Positions 12,742 to 25,449 of a stretch of 64,000 nucleotides of DNA are shown one piece after another. The position numbers were made by a program, and so were the translations under genes. Under the pieces are notes generated by a model. That model searched no databases. It was not told the origin of the DNA and was given only the letters and a program-made list of their open reading frames with translations. Source of the stretch: Octopus vulgaris (Eukaryota); the NCBI GenBank assembly GCA_951406725.2, contig OX597821.1, positions 30,194,001 through 30,258,000 on the forward strand. The letters run 5' to 3'. Every line of letters starts with the position of its first letter. The first letter of the stretch is position 1.

Positions 12742-12950
12742 CATCATCATCATCATCATCATCGTCGTCGTCGTCGTCATCAACGTCGTCATCATCGTAA
12801 TCATTATCATCATCAACATCATCATGTTCATCATCATCACCATCATCATCATCATCGTCATCATCATCATCATCATCATCATCATCTTCATCATCATCAT
12901 CATCCTTATCACCATCACCACCATCATCATCACCACCACCATCGTCATCA
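12742..12950. repeat. (CAT)n/(CAC)n trinucleotide microsatellite
   Basis: Direct inspection. Explains the poly-H/D/M ORFs. Confidence 0.95.
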
Positions 12951-13099
12951 TTTGGCGTCTTAGAATGACGAAACCAACTAGTTGGATTTAACAATATGGA
13001 TTGTACCATTCATCATTTCGATCGTTGAATACAAAACGTGGCTCGGGAAGGTCACCGTTCCAGTGTTTAACTTGAGTCACCATTTCAACCTTGTACACC

Positions 13100-13257
13100 A
13101 ATCCGTTATAAAATTACCCATTCACAGCTGAGTGGACTGAAACAACATGAAATGAAATGGTTTGCTCAGAAACACCACGCAAAACCGGTCTTGAAATCGA
13201 ACCCATGAGCTCGCAATCGTGAGCAAAACATCCTATGCATGATACCAAGCACCTTCA
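13100..13257 (-). mobile_element. tRNA-derived SINE, 5' part
   Basis: acagctgagtggactgaaacaacatgaaatgaa...gaaatcgaaccc, homologous to 16780-16923 and 47360-47472. Confidence 0.65.
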
Positions 13258-13719
13258 TACATTATTAGATGACTGTTGACTCTTTGACGGGTTTTGTTTT
13301 CCGTTCCGTGGGATGTCCAATAAATCACACTCCTCACCAAGAAAATTTATTTGGGTTACCGGTTTAGTTACCGATGACCCTACCGTATGACAGGTTGAAC
13401 TGAGTTACATGATACCAAAGTGATCTGACAATATTATGTAGTAAATTAAACTGCTTTAGGATAAGGGCATTTAACCTCATTCTCTTAGGTTTCTAAAGTG
13501 CAACCCCAACGAATGAAGCAAGCTAAAATCACATTTATGCATATGCAAACATAGATGACACATGTAGTTAGCCCTTATTTGGGCGGACGATTTCTTACGA
13601 AGAAAAGACAAATTTCAACCATACCATTTTAGAATACAATGTACTTAGTTAGAAGGCTTGGCTTCTCAATCCAAGATTACGTCTCTATCGCTAACTAGGT
13701 CCTATCTAACAACGAAAGC

Positions 13720-13773
<54 letters not shown>

Positions 13774-14579
13774 ACTTAGAAAGGTTTTAGCAAGTATTGA
13801 CCCAGAGTAACTTTTGTTATACTCTTCAAGGATAACACTTTTTGGTACCTTGACTCGTCATAAATTATTGTATATTGATCTTAACTTATGGAAAAAAAGT
13901 TTGGAGTGTTGACATTTGTTATTCTTGCACAGTTTCCAAGCCTTAGAGGCATACGATATATTTGGGATAACAACACAAAAATCTCAATTTTTTTTATTTA
14001 AGTGAATCTTCGTGATTTTCCCAAAGAAGGTCAGCTTTTGTATCAGTATCCAAGTATTAGATCACTTTCAGGTCCATTAAGTTTATGTATACAGTGAAAA
14101 CAGTTTGCCTACAACTCCAGAGATTGATCTTTAGGCAAACTGTTTAATGTGAATTTTCGATGTAGGTTGTGTTTGATTTACTGTCAATGTATTCTTTCCT
14201 GGCAGTATTTAACCCAGATGAATTAAAGGTGAAATTTCTCTTTGCATTTCAGATCTTAGAAGGGGGAAATTTTCGTTAGAGGGGTCTTTGGAACGGTGAG
14301 GTTTTCCCTTCCTTATATCCTGTGGATTGGCGGCAACCACCAGCTCGCTGAAAAATTTTCCTACGTTAGAGAAGCTTTTATCTCGGTGTCCTGAATTCGT
14401 GCTTTGGAGTACTTAGCTTTTCATTGAGTTTGGCTTGAAGAGTTACCATAGAGTTTCAATATTTTTTATATAAGATATAATTTGTGATCTGTGAAATCCT
14501 TACGCTCCTTACATTTTATTACTGATTAGATAATCGATATGACGATGATATGTTCATGTTCACTTCGATATATATTATT

Positions 14580-15100
14580 TAAAGTTTCAGCTCAGAGCTG
14601 TGGTCGTTTTGCGCTACACTGTTATTACTAGGAGCCTCTTCTAATATTTGGCACTTGATGAAGAATGGAGTTTGATATAGCTACACTCATTTGCACCTCT
14701 TGCCATGAGGTAGGCTCATCTGGGACTCTCGACAGGAAGAGGTTCAGCTTTGATTTAAAAAACCCTACATCTACTTTGTGCAAGTTCCTCAGACTATTTG
14801 GGAGAATATTAAAAAGCTGTGGGCCCTTGAAACCCAGGTTGTTGCAGTAACTGGTCCTGAAGCGTGATGGCATTGCTGGGAACTTTGGCTCCATGCAGTG
14901 TCGTCCAGTTCTGGCATTGCTGTAGCTTTCAATGCCAAAATTTGGCACAATTCCTTCCAGGATCTTCCAGATATATATTACTGCATACCTCTCCCGTCTT
15001 CTCTCCAGGGAGTAGAGTCTTAGCTGTTTCAACCTTTCCCAGTAGCTGAGCTGTTGCAGAGAGACGATCTTCTTTGTGAATCTTCTCTGGATTACTTCAA
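14580..15100 (-). mobile_element. 3' fragment of a CR1-like LINE
   Basis: LRLYSLERRRERYAVIYIWKILEG...KGPQLFNILP...FKSKLNLFLSRVPDEP, followed by the 3' stem-loop cagctctgagctg-aaac. Confidence 0.9.
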
Positions 15101-16589
15101 CGTCCGCTGTTCATGTTTTCTTCGATATATTCATGTTTTCTTCAAGTTTTGCTTTCTATCAAGGTTTTTACTAGATACAATTTATGTATACCGCGGATTT
15201 CTCAAAGGTATTCTTAGAGTGACTGCAGCTGATTATAAAAAGGTATTAACTGTGCAGTAATACATACCACAGGATTCTGTGTGTTCTCCAGCATCTCATT
15301 TATATCTTTCAACACTAGAGCAGTGTTTATTTTTAATCATTATTGATATATATTATCAGCAGATGTTAGAGAGTTTTTCACTCATTATCTCTCACTGAAA
15401 GAAGCAATCGTTGCTAGGTTCACCCGAAACTCCTGCGGTTACATAAGAAAATGATATATATATATATGCTCGCTCACAACGTGTACATGCTAGTATACAC
15501 ATGTGTTTATGGCTTTGTGAGGAGTATTGTTCAGTAACAAGCATGTTTGTTAAACGATTTTGTTTTTATTTTAGTTCGCCTTTGTATTAAAGCAATTACA
15601 TTTTAATTAAAGTTAAATTAATTTTAAACTTCACGTTAAATTAGCAATCGTTACTCTCAGCATATTCAGAGATATTTCAATTAAAAAATAGCAATGTTAA
15701 ATCATGTTCTCTTCTTGATTACAAGACTGGATTTTTTGCAATAGAGGCGACAATTTCTACGCACACATACACACACAAACAAACACACACATACACACAC
15801 ACAAACACTCACAAATACACACACACACACATATATACATATATATATTTATTTATATTTATACACATTTATTTCCCAGCTAACTATTTCCCGGTAAATA
15901 ACTGTTGTCATACCAATATATTGGAATAAAATGCTAAATCATCACCCCTAACTCCATACCACGTTGCTCCACCATCACTATAGCCAATAACAGGAACAAC
16001 AACGACAACAACAATTATTTTTAGACGATGTAATGAAACAGTGAAAATGTGTAGTGATTTGAGTATCGAACTTTTGGAAATAGCTTCGATTTTCGAAACG
16101 CGCAGTGAGCAGTATGCTCGCGTAATGTACCTCCTTTTATATTGTTTCTATTTACTCAATTGAAAATAAGTAGCAATGGCATCCTATGGAGATGGTGTTT
16201 TATCCGTCTGAATTGTTGCCGTCCAGTTCAATTCTTTCATTTCCACTTACTTCCCCTCTGGTATAATCAACACAAGCTCCTATCTAACGGGCCTATCTCG
16301 AGTCAAAAATGTTCACTTTCACTATAAGGAATAACCATAGATACAAGATTTTTTTAATTGTATTTATTGCCGATAACAAACTGATAAGAAAACTATACTG
16401 ATCTGTGAACTATCACGGGGGATCAAATATTGCCATGGATAAATTGTTTAGGCTGTTCAAGAAATAGATTTCTCATTGTTATTTCTATTAATAACTTATG
16501 CACCAATGTTATAAATCGAGATTTCTTTTGTTCTGAATTAATTGCTTGTTGACAGATTTAGCAATGGAATCAAACATTTGGCTACATAA

Positions 16590-16923
16590 AGACCCTCTTC
16601 GGTCGTGAATGACCATGGTTTTGCATCTAGAAAGTTACCCTCCGAGGCGCAAGTCCGGGCACGGTTGCGTATGGAAGACCAGCAGTCGACCATGTAAACC
16701 AGCCTCCACTTTTCTCGCCACTGATGTTATCCAGGGGAAAGGCAAAGGCTGATACAGCTGGGTGACGCTGCAACTCATTTCTACAGTTGAATGGACTGGA
16801 GCAACGTGAAATAAAGTGTCTTGTTCAAGAACACAGCACACAGCCCGATTTTAATCTCAAGTCGAAAACTCACTACCTCGTCACTGTGAGCCTGACGCTC
16901 TGAGTACTGAGCCACGGTCTTCA
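16590..16923 (-). mobile_element. Full-length tRNA-derived SINE
   Basis: Collinear with the copy at 47165-47472. tRNA-like head at the 16923 end. Confidence 0.85.
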
Positions 16924-17152
16924 CAATAATGTAGGCACGGATCTTCAAACCCCATAATGTAATATAAATGGTCAACATTTTTCTGAATTAGGGCAAACAT
17001 CAGTAATTTTAAGAAGTGAGGATTAATCGATTCAAATGTATCCAACACTTGACTGCAGCATAAAAGAGTGGAATACATGGAGCAATGCACATTTTTCTGA
17101 CGCTCTAAAGTTTCTTCCAATCCGTTACAATATAATATAAACAAAAATGAAA

Positions 17153-17265
<113 letters not shown>

Positions 17266-17269
17266 ATAA

Positions 17270-17500
17270 TAGAAGGTAAAAATGCAGGGGACCTTAAAAG
17301 TGAATGAAGCCGTAGATCCAACACGATTTAAAAGGGACTAGAGAGTAGATGAAGAAAATTTGGCAGGACACGAAAATGTATAGTCAGTTCTTGAAGAATA
17401 AAGATGTCATTGATTGGAATAGAACCTGGCAATGGCTGCGGAAAGGAGACTTAAAAGGGCCCACTGAGGCGTTAATGTGCAGCGCTCAATAACAGCTCGC
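17270..17500 (+). mobile_element. R4/Dong-like non-LTR retrotransposon fragment next to (TAA)n
   Basis: Manual translation WQDTKMYSQFLKNKDVIDWNRTWQWLRKGDLKGPTEALMCSAQ*Q matches the post-RT W..K.MHGQF...W.WL..G.LK.ETE....AAQ.Q motif of R4-clade elements. Confidence 0.7.
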
Positions 17501-18518
17501 TGTCTTTGAAATTTGGAGTCCATACAACAGGTACCAGTTGAACATTGGGGTCCATATGATCTACCTATCTCCTTTCTGAAATTAATAGCCTTGTGCAAAA
17601 GTTTTAAACAAATATCTAAACATAGGTAAAAGAATAAACCTCAGTGATATCTGCTTTGTATAAAATATATCTTCTTTTTGTCTGTTAACTGTTGTTGCTG
17701 TGATTGCTTTACAGTCTCCAGCCATCATTTATTGAGCAAAGCTATGATCATAGGCTTCCGGCCATATTTATCATTTTCTTCTCCATTAGTCATCGACGAT
17801 CAAAGGTATAACTTCCTCTAAACCTACTTGCTGTTATTAGAGAATGTAGAGTGATTTTCACTAATATTTTGACTCTATGTCAGACAGATCAGGTGCCCAC
17901 ACAGCGGTATCTTTACTGTGATTGTCATAACATTTAAACCCCAAGGCAGCTCTCATCGATAAGATTTATGATCAAAAGAGTCCAGCGTTGATCATCCATT
18001 ATTTTTCTTATGTACGAGAAACGTAGTACCAATACATTCGATGTGTAACTTCATGGAATTTTGGCTGCTAGTTCTAGCTGGTCAAGAGACCAAATGGATG
18101 CTTTTTTTTCTCTGTTCGATGAGTTCATGTTGATTCCCTAAGTGATTTTTTTGCTTTGATTATTATGCTTCCATTATTTCTCTCTATCCTTCTGGCTATT
18201 CTAAGTCTTTTCCTTTTGTTCTGTGATTATTTTGGCAAGTTTCTGGTGTTTACTGAATGCTTGGTGAGCTAGTATTGCTGTTTATGTATCTGATATTTTG
18301 TTTATGTTATGTTATGTTTCAGCTACTTTTCTGGCAGTTGTTTTAGCTCATAGGAGAATTGCTCGTCCCGTAAATTGTAAAGAAAAAAGAAAAGCAAAGA
18401 GAAAAAACATAATAAATAAAAAAGAAAAACAACAACAGCAAAATATAAACACAGTAATAAATAAATAGAATAAAATAAAAATAAAATAAACCCAGTATAA
18501 ATAAATAAAAATATATAT

Positions 18519-18750
18519 GTTTCTTTATTACCCACAAGGAGCTAAACATGGAGGGGACAAACAAGGACAGACACACGGATTAAGGCGATTACATCGACCT
18601 CAGTGCTTAACTGGTACTTAATTTATCGACCCCGAAAAGATGAAAGGCAAAGTCGACCTCGGCGGAATTTGAACACAGAAGGTAACGACAGACGAAATAC
18701 GGATACTCATTTCGCCCGGCGTGCTAACGTTTCTGCCAGCTCGCCGCCTT
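18519..18750 (-). mobile_element. tRNA-derived SINE (second family)
   Basis: tttatcgaccccgaaaagatgaaaggcaaagtcgacctcggcggaatttgaac...ctgccagctcgccgcc. Same family as 30650-31262 and 23075-23245. Confidence 0.85.
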
Positions 18751-20229
18751 TGAAAAAAAAAAAAGTAGGAAATATATAATTAATAAATAAACGAAAACGA
18801 AAATAATAAATGATAAAAATAAATATAGATAAAATCCAAAGTAAGCAAAAATACACTACCGAAAGCGTGATGCAACAAGAAGGACCAATACTGTTGAGAC
18901 ATTCTGTCGTTTTTGTATGAATAAAAACAAACGAATAATAAAATTCCTATTTTTGAAGGCGGGAATGAACGATGATAGAAAAGCCTCAACAAGTCAAGGC
19001 TGAATTTAAGACTCTGCTTCATTCCTATTCACCAGAATAGGAATGAAGTCTATGCATTTGTATTGAAGTGACAATGTCACTTCAATGCAAGTACAGAGAT
19101 ATCATTTCTTTTCATCACCCAAGAGATTTGTGGTGTATAAAAACGTGTCACACAGTCTGGTGAAATTACGTTTCCGCAGCGTAATGTAGTTCAGTGAGTG
19201 GCGCAGTGTCACTTTCAGCTAATAATTACAAAGACAGCGGTAGCCATTATTTTCGATGTTGGTAGTAGAGGTAGCAGTATAGGATTTTAGTCGTGGTAGA
19301 TTTGCTGACGGTACTTTTGATTCTACAAAGTTTTTGGTGGTGGTGGTGGTGGTAGATTTGGTGACGGTAGCTTGTGGGCTTTTGTGGTCTTGGTGGTACC
19401 GGTGGTGAGGAAATGAGGAAGATAATGATAAAGGTGATGATGATGATGAGGAGGAGGAGGTGGATGAGAATGATGATGATGGTGACAACGATGATGATGA
19501 GGGGCGATGCTGAGGCTGACACCGATGATAATCGTATCCGTTGTGGTGAGGTGATGATGATAAAAGATGATGATGAGGGGGTGCTGCTGCTGATGATGAC
19601 AATATGATGACAGCAATGACGATAGTAACGAGATAAATTCAATTACAATACACCCAACCACACACAAAAAATAAATAAATAAATAAAATAATTAATTAAT
19701 AAAGAAAGACAGAAAAAGAAAGAAATAAAGAATGACAGGAAGAAAGAAAGAAAGAAAGAAGGAAAGAAAGGAAGAAGAAGAAGCATTAGAAATAAAACAA
19801 GCAATAGAGTGATGAAGATGATGGTATTCTGAAAGATATTAGTAAAAACAGAAGTGACACAAATTAAGAAACGGAAGAAGTAGATAATAAGACGATAATA
19901 ATAAATATTGAAAAGAAAAAATAGGAAAGAGGAGTAGAAAAAATAGAAAAGAAAATAAATAAAAATAAATACAATGGGTGATTAATATGAAGGAGAATAA
20001 ACCAGAAGAAGAGAAGAATACTTCAGATTTATAAAGCGTCAGTTTCGTCTCTAATCAAAGAAAACACGTAACCGGGATTAACAGTAATACTAAGTAATAT
20101 TAATCGGTAGATATGGACCCCCTTAAAAAGATTGAGGCAAACTTTGTAGATCCATAGGAGAACATATCCTATGTAGGAGGACAGCTACATACAAGAAATA
20201 TATACTTGCTTACTTGTTTGATTTATGCT

Positions 20230-20410
20230 TTTCCTTGATGGGGCCGGGCATCCCAGGCTGGTGGTCCTAGGCAGAACCGACTAGGTCCATCAGTGCTAGT
20301 GGTTCTGTGCCAGCTCCTCTTCCAGCCCCGACGAGCTTCTGGTTAACTTTCTTAATCACGTCCAGCCGTCTCATGCGGAGCCTGCAACAGGGCCCCTTCC
20401 GGCCCGCAGC
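20230..20410 (-). mobile_element. Probable RTE-clade LINE 3' remnant
   Basis: GC-rich island. Minus-strand translation GPCCRLRMRRLDVIKK resembles the RTE C-terminal RGRPRMRWLD.I motif. Confidence 0.4.
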
Positions 20411-20419
20411 TGCTGCGTT

Positions 20420-21300
20420 AAATGAAGGTAAAGCATGAATCCACAAAAGGCCGGATTCATACCAAATCGATCTACCCGTGGGCCATATTTTTGACCTTCG
20501 TCTGATTATTGGACCTTCGTCTGATTATGAGACCATCATTTGATCTACGGAGTTCAACAATGATTTTACCTCTCATGTGACCCATTAAACAAAAAAAATA
20601 TATGGCTGACGAAAAGCAACTTCTTTTGGCATTTCCATTCATATTCTATACACAACATATGCTCAATATCTGTAGTCTCACAAACGTTGTTCTTACTTAT
20701 GCTAGAGGTTTTTCGCCCCACCCAAATAAACGCATACTTCACAGTGAAAATCTCTCTCATTCTTCCGGATTGGGAGACATTTTTCCAAACTGCAACTTAT
20801 TTTTTGATCCCTTTCCAAAAAGACTCTCTACCAATATTGTGGTGTTCTCTTTTCCTCCACTTTGAAACAAAGATGGCCCTGCATGCAATATTGGTAAATC
20901 TCCATTTTTGCAGTTTGCTGCAACATGCTCTTAGCCAAATTTTCCAAATCTACTGTATTCTATTCCACCAACTACCCAATCCAGTATACAGATGCTTCAA
21001 CTAGAAATAGCCCCAGTTCCTTGAAACGAATTAGAACACTTGTCCCTAAAACAGGCTTTCCTATAACCTTAAGGTTAACGCCCAGAACTTGCCCTTATAC
21101 TAACCACGTTCATCAGTCTCTCCGCTCTCTAAAGTGATATGCTCTGATATTTGGAACCATGTCACGGTTTGTCACAATCTAATGAACTTTAGCTATTCCG
21201 ATTTCCCTAATTATTTTATTGCAATAAATTTATAGCTCATTAATACAATGGAGACAGCCATTAACAACGGCGTTCTCCAAACACTTGGATCTCTATCCTC
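20420..21300 (-). mobile_element. Possible highly decayed hAT transposon remnant
   Basis: Frameshifted TDE(R)WL.*GQVL near 21075-21118 resembles the hAT RWLS.GKVL motif. cccgtgggccata near 20476 resembles hAT subterminal repeats. Confidence 0.3.
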
Positions 21301-22746
21301 AGTGAGCTAATTTAATCTAATACTATTTGAAGAGGGTTTGTTAATCCTTGTTTGGCTAGCTTTCACACTAATCAGTAAATGCTTTGCTTACTGATGTCCA
21401 TTATCGAAACATGCATTTACAGTTTAACTCAGAATGTCGAGAGTTTATGTCACTGGAGATATAAAAGCAAATCGGAACACCGGCGCATTTTTGAGTGAAG
21501 CCTTATGTTTTCTCAATACACTCATTTCGTGATGTTCCTTTACGTTAAAATATAACAACTAGTCTTCATTGACGTTTGAATATAAGAAATGTTATACACG
21601 CTGATATTTGACATAACCAGTTTATTTTTGTGTAGCTTCTGCAATAAGGAGAAATATTACATCTTCACAAGTGTAGCGGGAAACTCATGCATGATATCTG
21701 AGTCAATAATTAAAGTAAAATAAACAAATATTCTGTATGCAAGACATCGCGAAAGTCAACAATACAATACGCTCTAAACGCTGAGAAAACTGATTAGCGA
21801 GGTGTTCGTTTTACCAATTGATGTTATCTGATTTTGTTTTTTATGGTGATAGACATAAAACACTTAATTACTAGGAAAATGCTAACAGTGTTCCGAAACT
21901 ACAATTAAATATAATATAAATATTTTACATCTACCCTACAAAGATAGCGAGTTTGATATATCAAAAGCAAAAAAATATATAGTACAAACCAGACACTGAG
22001 TACAATGAATACAATGCTTCAAGATACTACGGTAAGAGTAGCAAAAAATAAGATGTAGAGTGTAGCAAGAAATGATATTTTTAGGCATATTATGTAGATT
22101 TGTCAAATGAGATACAGATTTTTCCAATTGAAGAGATTTAACGAAATGACGCGCGCCATTTTGGCTGAAGTTCTTGCAACGCAGGAAACAAAACCGTACT
22201 TTTTCGTTCCTCACAAAATAAAAAAACAATATAAGTGTATTAATTTCTCATACACAAAATATACAACACTAACGTCTGTATTTCAAAAGTGTACTTGTGA
22301 ATAATTTATATCTCTTTCACAGTTTTTCACTATTTATAAACAAAGTAGCCGCCACTGATAGACATAGCATATATTTTCTAAAATGGCTTTCGTATCTGAA
22401 GCATATAATTGTTATTACGCTATTTTCCGGTACACATGGGATCTACTTTTGATAAGTCTATGCAAACACTCACTCATGCGAACACGCACACACAAACGTA
22501 TGTACTTAAGTATGAATATATATATGTATAAATGTATGTATGTATGTATGTATTTATGAATATACGTATGTATGTGTAAATGCATGTATGTACGTACGTA
22601 TGTATGTATACATCTATCTATCTATCTATCTATCTAAATATACACAGACACACGCACACAGACACAGATACACATATATAATATGCACCCATAATCATCT
22701 AATCACAACAACAAACACACATCCACATATAAATATATATATGTAT

Positions 22747-22784
<38 letters not shown>

Positions 22785-22867
22785 ATACATATATATATAT
22801 ATATATATACACATACATATATATATACATATATACATATATATATATGTATACATACATACATACA

Positions 22868-22951
<84 letters not shown>

Positions 22952-23074
22952 GTGTGTGTATATGTATATATATATGTTTCCCACACGTACGGAAAAACAA
23001 CTTTTTACCATCGAGGGCTTGTATGTTACCATATGAAACTATTTTCTTCAGTCAATACACGGTGATCGCCTATG

Positions 23075-23245
23075 AGTTTTAAGCTTAGCGGCATTTATGT
23101 TCTGAGTTCAAATTCCGCCGAGATCGAATTTGCTTTTCATCCTTTAAGTGTCGATAGGTTAAGTACCAGTTACGTGCTGGGGGAAAAATGTAATCGACTG
23201 GCCCTCCCCACCCCATATTTTCTGTCTTGTGCCTAGAGTAGAAAA
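23075..23245 (+). mobile_element. tRNA-derived SINE (second family), partial
   Basis: gttctgagttcaaattccgccgag...ttgcttttcatcc...taagtaccagt. Confidence 0.75.
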
Positions 23246-23246
23246 A

Positions 23247-23339
<93 letters not shown>

Positions 23340-23500
23340 GCTGCCGCTGCTGCTGCCGCTGCCGCTGCTGCTGCCGCTGCCGCTGCTGCTGCCGCTGCCG
23401 CTGCTGCTGCTGCTGTTGTTGTTGTTGTTGTTGTTGTTATTATTATTATTATTGTTATCATTATTATTATTGTTATCATTATTATTACCACTATTATTAT
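23247..23500. repeat. Compound trinucleotide array (CTA)n-(CTG/CCG)n-(TTG)n-(TTA)n
   Basis: Direct inspection. Confidence 0.95.
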
Positions 23501-24595
23501 TCAGTAGTCTTATTTTAAAAACGTACGTTTACTGCTCTACCTAGCGCAGCTCTGTTTGTCTCGAGTATGGACTATGGTTCGTCGTGATGCTCTTATTTTC
23601 ACTAGATTGAAATTGTTTTACGTAGGATGTGAGCGGTACCTAGTGGTTCTATTTTGCTAGTCCTTGTATTTTTGTTATGTATTTGTTTGAATATTTTCTA
23701 TCATATCTAATGTGCCTTCTCTGAAAGGAATTGTTTCTGCTTTTCAACTCCACATTCGAGTTACCTCTTTTCCACTTCTTTGTATCTTGAAAGTTTCTCT
23801 GTTTCTTTTAGAAAAATAAACATTGTCATCTGTTGGTATTGATGCATCAATTAGAAAGCAATTTTTCTTGCTTATCTCTGACAACTTGATCCGGCCTATT
23901 GGCCTCAATTTTCTATCTGTGTGTATTGGTATTTCCCAGAGTATGGTTGCTTCCTCATTTTCTGTGAGTTTTTCTGGCGTGTACCTATACCGTCTTTTTC
24001 TGTTGTTATTCTACAGCGTTGGCATAGCTTCCTTTGTATATATAGGCCCCAACACTGTCGTGTCTGTGAATATATTCTTTCTTAGCCAGGACTAGGCAGA
24101 CAGAAACAATATAATTTATTGTTTCTTCTCTAACACCACATATTCTGCAGATATTTCTTGGATTACTTTTCATTATATGCTTTTGGTAGTTTCTGTGGGG
24201 AAGACTTTGATCTTGTGCTGCAGTTAAATATCCCTCAGTCTCTGCTTTAAGTCCCGACCTTCACAGCTATTGTTGGGATTTTGCATTGTCAATTACTTTT
24301 CTGTTTAGTTTAATTTAGTATTTGCCATGAAGGGGTTATTCTTGCCATCGTTTTTCATAATCCGTTGCTGTTCCAAATTTAGTTTGGATTTCAGTTGTCA
24401 TACAGCTTTCGTTGTTTCTTCTTTTTCTTCATTCTTCTTGGGTATTATGACTTCTGTTTTGTATTTGCCAATTTCCTTAAAGCCGGAAAACAGTTTTATT
24501 TTGTTTTATTCGTGTTTTGCGTCTATTTGTAATATTCTTCCTTGCTTCTGGAGTGTGTTTCCGTAGGCCTATGGTTGTTATTTTGCAATAGTTCT
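23501..24595 (-). mobile_element. Decayed R4/Dong-like non-LTR retrotransposon 3' part (restriction-like endonuclease region)
   Basis: Minus-strand translation includes SGLKAETEGYLTAAQDQSLP, ILWEIPIHTDR, NRPDQ, CFLIDASIPTDDN, KETEKLSRYK, LGTAHILRK. The 3' end runs into (TAA)n. Confidence 0.85.
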
Positions 24596-24642
24596 CTAGT
24601 TGTTTAGGCCTCTACTACATTCGATAAGTTGTATATACCACC

Positions 24643-24769
24643 CTTCTTCTTCTTCTTCTTCTTCTTCTTCTTCTTCTTCTTCTTCTTCTTCTTCTCCTTC
24701 CATTTCTTCTTCTTCTTCTTCTTCTACTATTTCTTTCATTTCTTCCACCTCTTCTCCTTCTTCTTCTTG

Positions 24770-24801
<32 letters not shown>

Positions 24802-25040
24802 CTTCTTCTTCTTCTTCTTCTTCTTCTTCTTCTTCTTCTTCTTCTAATATTTCTTCCATTTCTTCCACTTCTTCCACTTCTACTTCTTCTGTTTCTTCTT
24901 CTTCTTCTCCTCCTCTTCTTCTTCTACTTCTCCTCCACTTCTCCTCTTCTTCTTCTTCTTCTTCTTCTTCTTCTCCTCCTCTTCTCCTCCTCTTCTTCTT
25001 CTTCTTCTTCTTCTTCTTCTTCTTCTTCTTCTTCTTCTTC
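24643..25040. repeat. (CTT)n/(CCT)n microsatellite
   Basis: Direct inspection. Confidence 0.95.
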
Positions 25041-25366
25041 AAAGTGGTAAAATCGTTAAAACGTCGCATATATGCTCTGAACCTCTACGCTTTGAATTCA
25101 AATCCAGTCGGGGAGAACTTATTTGTTCGGTGGTGGTGGTCGAGGAAGGATGAATTAGTATTTCTATCATGTTCTCCTCATGACGTTGACGAGTGAGTTT
25201 AAACAGTAGTGAAGTCACTAAATTAAATTTTTAAATATTAGTCGTTTTCTTTCTCATTTTGCGGTAATTTCAGCTTCGAAGATAGGTACTTAATCATTAA
25301 TTTACATGGTGAATATTGAGTGTAGGTACAACATACGCTTATACACGCAGCCAGACACATACGCAT

Positions 25367-25448
<82 letters not shown>

Positions 25449-25449
<1 letters not shown>

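Noticed and set aside
13770-14560. Possible decayed retroelement coding region
   Set aside because: No diagnostic motif identifiable by eye.
21100-21120. Isolated CUGANGA motifs (also ~450, ~1827, ~6190, ~50759, ~58522, ~63914)
   Set aside because: No correctly spaced stem II + GAAA + UH + closing stem I.
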